A stretch of 64,000 nt of DNA from contig CAWBXV010000007.1 in the NCBI GenBank assembly GCA_963792875.1, forward strand, positions 48,361-112,360. The letters run 5' to 3'. Every line of letters starts with the position of its first letter. Position 1 is the first letter of the stretch. The stretch comes from an uncultured Gammaproteobacteria bacterium (GTDB lineage: Bacteria > Pseudomonadota > Gammaproteobacteria > Pseudomonadales > JAHEGP01). Below the pieces are notes generated by a model, which was given only the letters and a program-made list of their open reading frames with translations, had not been told where the DNA came from and did not search any database. Below, piece after piece: positions 30,057 to 40,307 of the stretch. The translations under genes were made by a program, and so were the position numbers.

Positions 30057-33000
30057 CTACTCGATCTCGACCGTATAGAACAGGTCCAGCGTACTGCTGA
30101 TGGCACTGGAGCTGACCTCCGTGTACAGCGTGCGCAGGATGCGGTAGCGGGTGACGAAGGCACGCTCACCGGTGTTGGTATCGAGGGACACACCGACGGA
30201 CAGATTCTTGGCGAGCTGCCGGTTGAGCGACAGTTTGGCGCCCTCGCTGGCGGGTTTGCCGGTGACCAGGTAGGAGATGCGGTCGTTCTCCGACATGCCC
30301 GGCGTCGAGAACGTGGTGACGTTGAGCTTGCGCGCCGTACCCAGCGCATTGACCCCCACCACCACGTCATCGATGCTGCGCGTCGCGCGCACATTGATAC
30401 CCGGGTTGTCGATGGGGCTGTTGGTGAACGAGAACAGCGCGCGCTCGATCTCCAGGTCCTGACTGAAAGCGCGGAACGTGCCCTCGTCGATGCGCACGTC
30501 ACCGGTCGCACGCAGCGGCTTACCGGGTTTGGCGCGAACCGCGAATTCACCCCGCAGGAAGCCGTCCAGCCCGAGCGCGGCGATGTGGACCTTGTCACCC
30601 AGCACCAGCTTGATGGCGGTGTTGACCGGCATGGCCTCGACCGGCGCCTGTGCGGCGGCGTCGTCGCGCAGCACCACCACATCGGACGACGCGCTGCGAG
30701 CGCCGGCGGGGAGGTCGCGCACGAGGACCTCGGCGCTGGGGATGAGAACCTGGCCCGTGAGCGCCAGGCCTTCTGACCCCTTATCGATTTTGAGATCGGG
30801 GCTGACCACAATCTGCAGCGTGGGCAGGTCGACCGCCACGAAGCGATCGCCGACCACGCTCATGGTCAAGGGCCAGCCCTTGCCAGCATCGAGCTCCATG
30901 CGCGCACGCAGGTCGATGGCGCCGCCGGACACCAGCCGGCCGTCGAGGTTCAGGCGCTGATCGGCCACCTTGACGTCGGCGTGGCTGTCGCTGAGCTGGA
31001 AGCCGGCTTCGGGCACATCGAACCGCGCCAGCGCGAGCCTGCCGGTGCCCCTGATGTCGGGCTGCCCCAGGCTGCCGCCAAGGTCGAAATTGCCCCTCAG
31101 GTTGCCGTCGGCGGTGTCGATCTGCGGCACCAGCAGCGGCAGAAAAGCCAGGTCCGGCACATCGATCCCCAGCTTGCCCTGCAGCCTGGCCTGCTTGGGG
31201 TCTTTCACCCGCAGCAGGTCCGGCAGGCGGACATCGGCCTTCACCCGGCCCGTGCCGATGCCCGCTTTGAAGGTCGCGTCCGCGGCCTGCCCGGCCGCGA
31301 CGAACTGCAATTCGGCACCGCTGTGCGCCAGCCGCTCCGTGACGTGCGCATCCGTAAACAGCACCTCGCCGGGCGTCACCTTGGCGGTCGCGCGGCCCTG
31401 CAGCGAGGCCTTTGCCTGGCTCACCTCGCCCCGCGCCGACAAGATCCCGGTCACCTGCTGGATGCCCTCGGGGAAGAGAGGCTTGAACCAGGCGAGCGGC
31501 AGCTCGGCCAGATCGAAGCGTCCCTTGGCGGCCCCAACCGCCTGCCACTCCCCCTCGGCGCACAGGTGGGCGTCGGCTCGCAGCAGGCAGAGCAGACCGG
31601 CCTGGGCGCGCTCGGGCCCGAACGCGAGCTGCACCGGTCGCTGCAGGCGCCAGTCGCCCAGCGGGCCGGAAGCGAGGTCGAGGGCCTGCAGCAGTCCGGA
31701 CCACTGCGCGCCGTCGTAGCCGCCCGCCATGCGCAGCTGCAGCCTGGCCTGGGAATGGTCCGCCGAGAACTCCAGGCGGTGCTTGGCGATAAAGCCATCG
31801 AACGCCAGCTCCAGCCGCTTCACCACCTCCTCGCCCAGACGCAGGTCCGCGCCATGCACGGCGGCGTTGGAGCGCTGGCTGTCCCCCAGGTCCAGGTCGA
31901 TGTCCGCATCCAGTCGGTCGACCCCCATGGTGCGATAGGCCAGTTTCCCGGCCCGCAACTGCCCGACCACGCGCGGCGCCTGCTGCGGCCCGGTGATCCG
32001 GCCGTCGCTGAACAGCTCGCCCGTGGCGCCCGCCAGCAGATGGCCCAGCTGCGGCACCCGCAGCGACCACTTGAGGTCGGATTGTGCACCGACGCTGCCA
32101 TCGGCCGCCAGCTCGGCGTCGACCACCTTGATGCTGAGGCGCTGCACCGCGGTGCGGTCAGGGGCGTAGCCGATCTCGCCCTGCCCGGCCAGCGGCTGAT
32201 CGAGCAGGGAACCCGCCAGGCGCTCGAGGATCACCCGCGCCTGCAGGCTGTCGCCCTGCATGCTGCCGTCGCTGAGCAGGTCGAGGTTGATATCGCCCCG
32301 GTAGCCGGGCGCCATCGCCTCGGGATTGATGTGCTTGAGGCCAGCCTTTACCTTCCAGCTCACCGCGGGCGACCACTGCATCTGGCCGGCCACCAGGGCC
32401 TCACCCTCCAGCAGGCGACCCAGCAGCCGCTCCAGCTGCAGCCCGGTGGTATTGCCCCGGCCGCTGGCAGTCCAGACGCTGGCGGGAACGCTGGCGCCAT
32501 CGACATCGGCGTTGAGGGTGACGCGGTAATCGCTGAGGGCACCGGTCACGGCGAAGCGGCCCTTGTTGCTGCGCACCGCGGCATCGCTCACCAGCGGCCA
32601 CTGCAGGGCTACCCAGTCGCCCTTGAGATCGATCTCCTGCTCCGCCGACACGACGCCGTCGATCGCCAGGCGCAGCGGCCGGCCCCGCTGCGTCAGCTGC
32701 AGCTGCCTGACGGTCAGGCGCTGGCCGGCGATGTCGGCCGCCAGGTCGACCGCCGCTTCCAGTCCGGCCAGATCGATGGCGGTGCCGGTGGTCGCCAGGC
32801 TGCCGGCGAGCTGGGCGCTGGCCAGATCGCCCGAGGCCTCCAGCCGCCCGCCGAGGCTGACGTCCAGGTCCTCGGCCAGCAGTGCGCCGGGCAGCTCGAC
32901 GAGCTGCAGCAGCAGGTTCCAGTGCGGCGCGACCAGGGGCTCGTCCAGGCTGCCGCCGACGCTGGCCTCGGCGGCACCCGACAGCGCCTGGGCGAGCGTC

Positions 33001-33686
33001 AGGCGCTGCCGGTCGCCCTCGATGCTGCCAGCGATCACCAATGCCTGCCCGCTCGCCAGATCGATCGCGATGCGGTCTTTCAGCGCCAGCGCATAGGCCT
33101 CCATGGGATCGAGGCTGCCGCTCACGTCCACCGCCAGACCGGGTCCGCGCGAGGTCAGCGTCTCCAGTACCAGGCCGTCATCGTCCCAGTGCGCCACCAG
33201 CTCCGCCCGGTCGATGACCAGCGGCGCGGCGTCGGGGGCCGCGACGATGGCCACGTCCACCAGCTCCAACTGCCGCAGGTCCAGGCGCAGCGGCGGCGTG
33301 AATTCGGGCAGCTCTATGGGAAACTGCAGCGGTGGCGGCGGGGGCTCCGGCGGGACCGGTTTACCGTCGTAGCGCAGGGACTGCAGGCTGATCTGGTTGA
33401 CCAGCAGCTCCCGCTGCAGCAGGGCGCGCGGCGACCAGTCGAACACCAGCCGCCCCACGGCCACGTCGGCCATCGGCAGCGTGAGCCTGACGTCCTGCAG
33501 CACCAGGCGACCGAACAGATGGCCCTGCACCCCGGCGACGCCGAACGCACCGGGCGCCAGCGCCTGTGCCTGCCGCAGCGTCCAGGCCATGCCGGCGTCA
33601 GTGCCCAGCAACAGACCGGCGCCGCCCAGCAGCGCCGCCACCAGCAGCAGCAGCGTCAGGCCCAGACCCAGCGCCAGCCGCCTCAC
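30057..33686 (-). CDS. tamB: Translocation and assembly module subunit TamB (DUF490 C-terminus)
   Basis: GTG 33686 overlaps the tamA stop as GTGA. The N-terminal anchor is RRLALGLGLTLLLLVAALLGG. The body is a long beta-rich segment. The DUF490-type C-terminus reads GVSLDTNTGERAFVTRYRILRTLYTEV...YTVEIE. Confidence 0.85.
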   Translation of the reverse strand: MRRLALGLGLTLLLLVAALLGGAGLLLGTDAGMAWTLRQAQALAPGAFGVAGVQGHLFGRLVLQDVRLTLPMADVAVGRLVFDWSPRALLQRELLVNQISLQSLRYDGKPVPPEPPPPPLQFPIELPEFTPPLRLDLRQLELVDVAIVAAPDAAPLVIDRAELVAHWDDDGLVLETLTSRGPGLAVDVSGSLDPMEAYALALKDRIAIDLASGQALVIAGSIEGDRQRLTLAQALSGAAEASVGGSLDEPLVAPHWNLLLQLVELPGALLAEDLDVSLGGRLEASGDLASAQLAGSLATTGTAIDLAGLEAAVDLAADIAGQRLTVRQLQLTQRGRPLRLAIDGVVSAEQEIDLKGDWVALQWPLVSDAAVRSNKGRFAVTGALSDYRVTLNADVDGASVPASVWTASGRGNTTGLQLERLLGRLLEGEALVAGQMQWSPAVSWKVKAGLKHINPEAMAPGYRGDINLDLLSDGSMQGDSLQARVILERLAGSLLDQPLAGQGEIGYAPDRTAVQRLSIKVVDAELAADGSVGAQSDLKWSLRVPQLGHLLAGATGELFSDGRITGPQQAPRVVGQLRAGKLAYRTMGVDRLDADIDLDLGDSQRSNAAVHGADLRLGEEVVKRLELAFDGFIAKHRLEFSADHSQARLQLRMAGGYDGAQWSGLLQALDLASGPLGDWRLQRPVQLAFGPERAQAGLLCLLRADAHLCAEGEWQAVGAAKGRFDLAELPLAWFKPLFPEGIQQVTGILSARGEVSQAKASLQGRATAKVTPGEVLFTDAHVTERLAHSGAELQFVAAGQAADATFKAGIGTGRVKADVRLPDLLRVKDPKQARLQGKLGIDVPDLAFLPLLVPQIDTADGNLRGNFDLGGSLGQPDIRGTGRLALARFDVPEAGFQLSDSHADVKVADQRLNLDGRLVSGGAIDLRARMELDAGKGWPLTMSVVGDRFVAVDLPTLQIVVSPDLKIDKGSEGLALTGQVLIPSAEVLVRDLPAGARSASSDVVVLRDDAAAQAPVEAMPVNTAIKLVLGDKVHIAALGLDGFLRGEFAVRAKPGKPLRATGDVRIDEGTFRAFSQDLEIERALFSFTNSPIDNPGINVRATRSIDDVVVGVNALGTARKLNVTTFSTPGMSENDRISYLVTGKPASEGAKLSLNRQLAKNLSVGVSLDTNTGERAFVTRYRILRTLYTEVSSSAISSTLDLFYTVEIE

Positions 33687-35485
33687 AACGCCGCCCCGAA
33701 GCCGAGGTGGAGCATGACATCGCCAAGCTGGACATCGCTCTCGCTGACCGGCCAGCCCAGGTCGACCTTGAGGCTGCCGACACCCGAGAGCCAGCGAAAG
33801 CCGAAACCGGCCCCGACATTGAGCTTCTCCCAGGTGTCGTTGTAGGCATTGCCGGCATCGACGAAGCCGGCAACCACCCACTGCGGCTTGACGCGGTGGT
33901 CGTACTCGGTGCTGAAGAGCAGCATATTCTTGCCGCCGATGACATTGCCGTTGTCGTCCTCGGGGCCCAGCGACTTATAGGCATAGCCGCGCACGCTGCT
34001 GTCCCCCCCCACAAAATACCGCAGCGAGGTGGGAAAGCTCTCGAAAAACTCGACGGCGCTGGCGCCGGCCTCACCGTGCAGCCGGATGCGTCCGTTGGCG
34101 CCCACCGGCACCAGGTACTTGGCGGCCACCGTCAGCTGGGCATAACTGGTGTCTGACAGCACCGCCGAGCTGGCGCCGCGCAGGTCAACGCTCACATGCC
34201 GGCCCCGCTGCGGGAACGGCACCCGCTGCGGATCCGTGTAGCGCGCGCCGGCGCCGATGGAGAACAGGCGGGTCGTCACGGTGGGTTCACCACCGACCTG
34301 ATAGTCCTCGCCGCGCCATTCGAGAAAGGTCTTGAAAAATCGGCTGTCATCGATACTGCGGCGGATAAAGGCGAATTCACCGTTCACCGTGTTGCGCCGG
34401 GTATCGGAGGTCTCTTCATATTCGTACAGGGCGGAGGGTGACAGGCGGTCGGTGAGCGGTTTCCACACCGGCATGTAGTAGGCACCCTGCAGCGTCCGGC
34501 GCACCGGCGACAGGCGGAAGAACACCTCCGAGTGATGGCCGGCGCGGTTGATCCGGCGGTGCGTCCAGCGCCCCGACACGCGCGGCCCGACGTCGGTCTC
34601 GTAGCCGACGCCGAAGGAGAAGCGGTTGCGCTTGCTGGGCTGCAGCGTCACGTCCAGCGGCACCAGGCCATCCTCGGCCTGATCGAAATGAGGCTCCACG
34701 GTGACTACCGCTGCCCAGTCGGTCAGCTGCAGGCCCTGCTGCAACGTGAGCACATCCTCGTCATTGTAGGGTTCGCCCAGGCGCAGGGTGTTGAATTTGT
34801 CTACCAGATCCGGCTTGAGAATGTCCTGGTGAAAGCTCACCTCGCCGAAATAGAAGCGGGGCCCGGTATCGATGTGCAGTGTCACGGTAGCAGCATCGGC
34901 CTTGGGGTCGACCGTCACGCGCGCCACCGCGGCGCTGGCCTGGACGTAACCCAGCCCGGACGCCGCCACCACGAGGGCCGCCTTGCCCTCTTCATAGCGC
35001 TGATGGTCCAGGACATCGCCGTTCTTCAGGGGAAACGCCGCGATCGCCGCCTGCAGGCGTTCCACCCCCGCCCCCGGGCCCACAAAGCGCAGGTCCACCG
35101 ACAGCACCCGCACGGGGTCGCCAGGTACGATGCGATAGGTGGCCTGCCACTTGTCGCCGACCTGCTTGAGGTCGCCCTCCACCGCCGCGTGGTAGTAGCC
35201 GAAGGGCTCCAGCGCCGCCCGGATCTCGTTCGGCGCATCGCCGTGCAGAATGCGCACCCAGCGGTCCGTCAGGGTCTTGTCGGCCTTGCGCTGTTCCAGG
35301 CTGAGGTGGGCGCGGACATTGGCCAGCAGCTCGCCCTCGACGCCCTCGATCTGCACGGTGACGAGGTTGTTGAGGCCGTCGAGCCGCGCGGCGAGAGGTC
35401 CCTGCGCATAGCCCAGCGCCGGCAGCAGCAGGCCAGCCAGCAACATCGCCCAGACCAGGGCGCCTGCCCGGCCGCAGTGCCGCAC
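33683..35485 (-). CDS. tamA: Translocation and assembly module subunit TamA (Omp85 family, POTRA plus beta-barrel)
   Basis: It has POTRA-like repeats and an Omp85 barrel ending FGFRWLSGVGSLKVDLGWPV...LHLGFGAAL. GTG 35485 gives the signal peptide VRHCGRAGALVWAMLLAGLLLPALGYA. The start is uncertain (ATG 35446 is also possible). Confidence 0.85.
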   Translation of the reverse strand: MRHCGRAGALVWAMLLAGLLLPALGYAQGPLAARLDGLNNLVTVQIEGVEGELLANVRAHLSLEQRKADKTLTDRWVRILHGDAPNEIRAALEPFGYYHAAVEGDLKQVGDKWQATYRIVPGDPVRVLSVDLRFVGPGAGVERLQAAIAAFPLKNGDVLDHQRYEEGKAALVVAASGLGYVQASAAVARVTVDPKADAATVTLHIDTGPRFYFGEVSFHQDILKPDLVDKFNTLRLGEPYNDEDVLTLQQGLQLTDWAAVVTVEPHFDQAEDGLVPLDVTLQPSKRNRFSFGVGYETDVGPRVSGRWTHRRINRAGHHSEVFFRLSPVRRTLQGAYYMPVWKPLTDRLSPSALYEYEETSDTRRNTVNGEFAFIRRSIDDSRFFKTFLEWRGEDYQVGGEPTVTTRLFSIGAGARYTDPQRVPFPQRGRHVSVDLRGASSAVLSDTSYAQLTVAAKYLVPVGANGRIRLHGEAGASAVEFFESFPTSLRYFVGGDSSVRGYAYKSLGPEDDNGNVIGGKNMLLFSTEYDHRVKPQWVVAGFVDAGNAYNDTWEKLNVGAGFGFRWLSGVGSLKVDLGWPVSESDVQLGDVMLHLGFGAAL

Positions 35486-35750
35486 TAGCCGCGCACTCCG
35501 GCGCCAGCCGCCAGCCGGCCAAACCGCGACGACGACCGGCCGCACTGCCGGGACCCTGCGCGTTGCGCGGGCACCCGGGATTTGGCAACAGACATGGTGG
35601 AAAACCTCGCTACCTGGACAGCAACCCAACCGGCCGCAGCGCGCTTCAGCGCCCCGACCAACCATCACGACCGTCGCGGCCGCCCCTGGCGTGCCGCAGC
35701 CCTCTTCTGGCGTGGCGACACGCCGCCCCGCTCACTCCCTCAAGCAGACG

Positions 35751-35778
35751 ATTATACCGGCAGACCGACCCGAGGTAA
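35751..35778 (-). promoter_or_regulatory. Candidate sigma-70 promoter upstream of tamA
   Basis: On the minus strand there is a perfect TATAAT (35756-35751) and, after a 16-nt spacer, TTACCT (35778-35773). It would give a 5' UTR of about 260 nt. This is sequence pattern only. Confidence 0.3.
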
Positions 35779-35807
35779 CCCCCTCACCCGGGGCACTCGC
35801 CGCCGCG

Positions 35808-36227
35808 CTAGCCCCGGCGGTAGACCCGCTGGACGAACGCGAACAACAGCGCTGTGGTCCAGCCGAACATCATGATGCCGTTGGCGGCCTCCAGCGCCGA
35901 CAGCATCTGCCAGCGCGGATCGAGGGTAATGTCGCCATAGCCCAGCGTCGTGAAGGTCACCATGGAGAAATAGAGGGCGGTGTCAAAATCCGCGAAGGCG
36001 CCCAGCTGCCTATAGGCGAGAGCCCAGATCACCGCCTCCAGCAGGGACGTGAGGCTCAGCATCAGCACCAGCGCGCACACGGTGGCCTCGCGCACCAGGC
36101 GGCGGTTCCGGTCCCAGCGATCGACATGCAGGATCAGCAGCGCCTTGAATCCGGCCAGCATGCTCAGCGCGTGTATGAACGTAGTGACCAGGCCCAGCAT
36201 CAGACCGATGGCGATTATCGACAACAT
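35808..36227 (-). CDS. Small potassium channel (Ion_trans_2, pore-only type)
   Basis: The selectivity filter FTTLGYGD is preceded by the pore helix ALYFSMVTF and flanked by TM helices. It is 139 aa and has no cytoplasmic gating domain. Confidence 0.8.
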   Translation of the reverse strand: MLSIIAIGLMLGLVTTFIHALSMLAGFKALLILHVDRWDRNRRLVREATVCALVLMLSLTSLLEAVIWALAYRQLGAFADFDTALYFSMVTFTTLGYGDITLDPRWQMLSALEAANGIMMFGWTTALLFAFVQRVYRRG

Positions 36228-36275
36228 AGCGGACTGCTCCCCGTGTTATTCCAGCACGGCCGCCCGGCGGGGCCG

Positions 36276-36587
36276 CTACCAGGGCAGCGGGTCGCACAGC
36301 ACGGCGTGGGCGTAGCTCAGCAGGCCGGCGATCGACGCGCTCAAGGCCCCGCCCCTGGCGTCACTGTCGACGCTGGCCACGACCAGGTCGTCGCGCGGAC
36401 CGCGCACCTGCAGCGACCAGCCCCGCCGCCGGCGCCCCCTCCCCTGCGCGATGCAGAGCCGGCCGCCCAGGCTCTCGATCTCGCGGCCGCGGCGATGCAC
36501 CGCGGCCGGCACATCGATGCTCACGACGCCGGGCCCGTCCAGAAAATCGAACTGCAGGGATTTGACGACAGGCCCGCTCATCTGCAA
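36276..36587 (-). CDS. Hypothetical 103-aa protein, in operon position between agmatinase and the K+ channel
   Basis: The frame is open with strong third-position G+C bias when read codon by codon. It is on the same strand, 42 nt after agmatinase and 48 nt before the channel gene. I recognise no motif. Confidence 0.45.
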   Translation of the reverse strand: MQMSGPVVKSLQFDFLDGPGVVSIDVPAAVHRRGREIESLGGRLCIAQGRGRRRRGWSLQVRGPRDDLVVASVDSDARGGALSASIAGLLSYAHAVLCDPLPW

Positions 36588-36629
36588 CCCCCGAGCTCAC
36601 CCGGGCCGCCGCTGCCGCCATCGGCGCGG

Positions 36630-37523
36630 CTAGGCGGACGCCTGCGCCGCGGGCGCGCTGCGCTGCACGATGCCCATCATCTTGTAGCACAACAGCGCCG
36701 CCGCAAAATCGTAGGCGTGGAATCCCTCGATGGGCGCGAACTCCATGATATCGAAGCCGACGATGCGGCGCTGCCGCGCCACCGATTCGAACAGCGCCAG
36801 CGTCTGGTACCAGCCCAGGCCGCCCGGCACCGGGGTGCCGGTGGAGGGGAACACCGAGGGGTCCATGCCGTCGATATCCAGCGTGAAAAACACATTGTCG
36901 GGAAAATCATCGGGCAGCGCGATAGCGGAGACGCCCCTGACTACCAGCTCCTCGGCATCCTGAAAGCGCACCCCGTAGTGCTCGCGCGCGGCCCGCTCCT
37001 CTTCACAGAAGGCGCGGATGCCGAGCTGGTACAGCGGCACGCCCCGGTCGACGATGCGCCGCATCACCGATGCGTGGCTCAGCGGGTCACCCTCGTAGGC
37101 GTCGCGCAGGTCGGCGTGGGCGTCGATCTGCACCACGCCGAGATTGTCGACGCCGGCGCGCAGCATGCCCTCGATGACCCCAAAGGTGACCGTGTGTTCG
37201 CCGCCCAGCACGACGGGCATGGCCCCCGCCGCGACGATGGCCTGCGTGGCCTGGGCGATGTTCTCGATCACCTGCTCCGGGTCGGGCGTGCAGTCCACCG
37301 GCGGGCAGGTGTGGATGCCGAGGTCCGCCGGCCGGCTCCTGCCGTCCCACAACTCCAGCTGCCACGAGGCCGCCAGAATGGCGGCTGGCCCCAGGCGCGT
37401 GCCGCCACCGTAGGACACGGTCTTCTCCAGCGGCACCGGCAGCACGTGGAAGGCCGCGCGCCCGGCAGGGCTGGCGGCGATCTCCGAGCCCAGGAACGCC
37501 GGGTATTCAAGAGTCGATGGCAT
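36630..37523 (-). CDS. speB: Agmatinase (ureohydrolase/arginase family)
   Basis: It has the Mn-binding ureohydrolase motifs GGEHTVT, QIDAHADLRD and TLDIDGMDPS. GGGAGA lies upstream of ATG 37523. Confidence 0.85.
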   Translation of the reverse strand: MPSTLEYPAFLGSEIAASPAGRAAFHVLPVPLEKTVSYGGGTRLGPAAILAASWQLELWDGRSRPADLGIHTCPPVDCTPDPEQVIENIAQATQAIVAAGAMPVVLGGEHTVTFGVIEGMLRAGVDNLGVVQIDAHADLRDAYEGDPLSHASVMRRIVDRGVPLYQLGIRAFCEEERAAREHYGVRFQDAEELVVRGVSAIALPDDFPDNVFFTLDIDGMDPSVFPSTGTPVPGGLGWYQTLALFESVARQRRIVGFDIMEFAPIEGFHAYDFAAALLCYKMMGIVQRSAPAAQASA

Positions 37524-37535
37524 AGCGTTCTCCCA

Positions 37536-38717
<1,182 letters not shown>

Positions 38718-38721
38718 GAGG

Positions 38722-39930
38722 CTAATCCAGCGTGAACTCGTCGAGTTCGATCACCTTCCACGGCAGGCCGTACTGGTTCATCGCCTCCATGAAGGGGTCG
38801 GGATCGAACTGCTCGACGTTCCAGACGCCCGCCCGCTGCCAGTGCCGGTCGAGCATCATCTTGGCGCCGATCATCGCCGGCACGCCGGTGGTGTAGGAGA
38901 TGGCCTGCGAGGCGACCTCGCGATAGCACTCCTGATGATCGCAGATCTGGTAGCAGTAGATGATCTTCTCTGCGCCGTCCTTCAACCCCCGCACGACGCA
39001 GCCGATGCAGGTCTTGCCGCGGGTGCGCGGCCCCAGCGTGGACGGGTCGGGCAGCAGCCGGGCCAGAAACTGGATCGGCACGATCTGCTGGCCGTTGAAC
39101 TCCACCGGCTCGATGCCGGTCATGCCGACGTTCTCCAGCACTTCGAGGTGCTTGAGGTAGTTGTCGGAAAAGCTCATCCAGAACTGCGCGCGCCTGAGCG
39201 TGGGAAAGTGCTTGCTCAGGGACTCCAGCTCCTCGTGGTACATGCGGTAGATGTTGTACTCGCCCACGCCCTCGGGGCAGGTGAAGCGCGCCTTTTTGCT
39301 CATCGGCGGCGTAGTGACGAACTGCCCGTCCTCCCAGTGGCGACACTCGGCCGACACCTCGCGGATATTGATTTCGGGATTGAAGTTGGTGGCAAAGGGG
39401 TAGCCGTGATCGCCGCCGTTGACATCGATGATGTCCAGCGTGTGGATCTCATCCAGGTAGTGCTTGGCGATATAGGCGGTGAACACGTTGGTGGCGCCGG
39501 GGTCGAAGCCGCTGCCCAGCAGCGCCGTCAGGCCCGCCTGCTGGAACCGCTCGTGGTAGGCCCACTGCCACTTGTACTCGAATCTGGCCGTGTCCAGCGG
39601 CTCGTAGTTGGCGGTGTCCAGGTAGTCGACGCCGTGCGCCAGGCACGCGTCCATGATGGTGAGGTCCTGATAGGGCAGCGCCACATTGATCACCAGCTGC
39701 GGCTGGTGCGCTTGCAGCAGCGCCACCAGCGCCGGCACGTCGTCGGCGTCGACCTGCGCCACGGCGATGGCGCGCCCCGTCTTGTCCCTGACGCTGGCGG
39801 CGATGAGCTCGCACTTGCCGAGCGTGCGGCTGGCCAGCACGATGTCGCTGAAGACTTCGGGCAGCTGCGCGCACTTGTGGGCCACCACGCTGCCGACGCC
39901 GCCGGCGCCGATGATCATAACTCTGGACAT
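38722..39930 (-). CDS. Carboxynorspermidine/carboxyspermidine dehydrogenase (saccharopine dehydrogenase family)
   Basis: ATG 39930 follows AGGAG. It carries IIGAGGVGSVVAHK and is colinear with Vibrio CANSDH (GFDPGATNVF, INIREV, AISYTTGVPAMIGA, DPDPFME). Confidence 0.85.
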   Translation of the reverse strand: MSRVMIIGAGGVGSVVAHKCAQLPEVFSDIVLASRTLGKCELIAASVRDKTGRAIAVAQVDADDVPALVALLQAHQPQLVINVALPYQDLTIMDACLAHGVDYLDTANYEPLDTARFEYKWQWAYHERFQQAGLTALLGSGFDPGATNVFTAYIAKHYLDEIHTLDIIDVNGGDHGYPFATNFNPEINIREVSAECRHWEDGQFVTTPPMSKKARFTCPEGVGEYNIYRMYHEELESLSKHFPTLRRAQFWMSFSDNYLKHLEVLENVGMTGIEPVEFNGQQIVPIQFLARLLPDPSTLGPRTRGKTCIGCVVRGLKDGAEKIIYCYQICDHQECYREVASQAISYTTGVPAMIGAKMMLDRHWQRAGVWNVEQFDPDPFMEAMNQYGLPWKVIELDEFTLD

Positions 39931-40011
39931 GACAGTTGTACTCCTGAATGGTACGGGGCGCCCGCCAGCCAACCCGGCAGGGCCATGGACGGACGCGCCA
40001 GCGGCCGGCTG

Positions 40012-40177
40012 CTAGTTACAGGCGATCTGGGCCTGCGCGAGAATGTCCTGGTTCACATTCTGCATCCAGATGTTGGCATTGGGATGAATCTGCCGCACGC
40101 CATTTTTTTCCCGGTAGTTGAGCTTGGTGCTGGTCGGATAGTCGACATCAAAGGAAATGTCTCACCCGGTTGTTCAT
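40012..40177 (-). other. Two-frame leader ORF. A 9-codon uORF (MNNRVRHFL) ends at CTT-TGA, and the +1 frame stays open for 45 more codons.
   Basis: GAGGAG (40192-40187) lies 9 nt upstream of ATG 40177. TGA is at 40150-40148. The +1 frame runs from TTT 40152 to TAG 40014-40012, has no start codon of its own and shows coding-like codon bias. It lies 81 nt upstream of the CASDH gene. Confidence 0.4.
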
Positions 40178-40291
40178 GCTTTGTTACTCCTCAACCCAGC
40201 GTAACTGCCGAGGCGCGCGGCGACGACCCTTCGCGCCGGCAACAGGCGCATTAAACGTGAAGACCTGCCGCCTGTCCACGCCGGCAGCAGT

Positions 40292-40307
40292 CGGCATTGT
40301 AATGCCG
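40292..40307. promoter_or_regulatory. Inverted repeat CGGCATT-GT-AATGCCG in the divergent intergenic region, a candidate operator
   Basis: Read directly: 7-bp perfect arms with a 2-nt centre. It lies between the polyamine-operon leader and the cytochrome c gene. The half-site CCGGCAT recurs at 40313. Confidence 0.25.

Noticed and set aside
30981-33845. A 954-aa plus-strand ORF antisense to tamB.
   Set aside because: It has no recognisable domains, an extreme Arg/Gln/Gly/Ala bias and a mirror-image codon phase relative to tamB. The same applies to 35691-38324 (+), 38572-40254 (+), 46240-47991 (+), 57581-59239 (+) and 59647-61536 (+).
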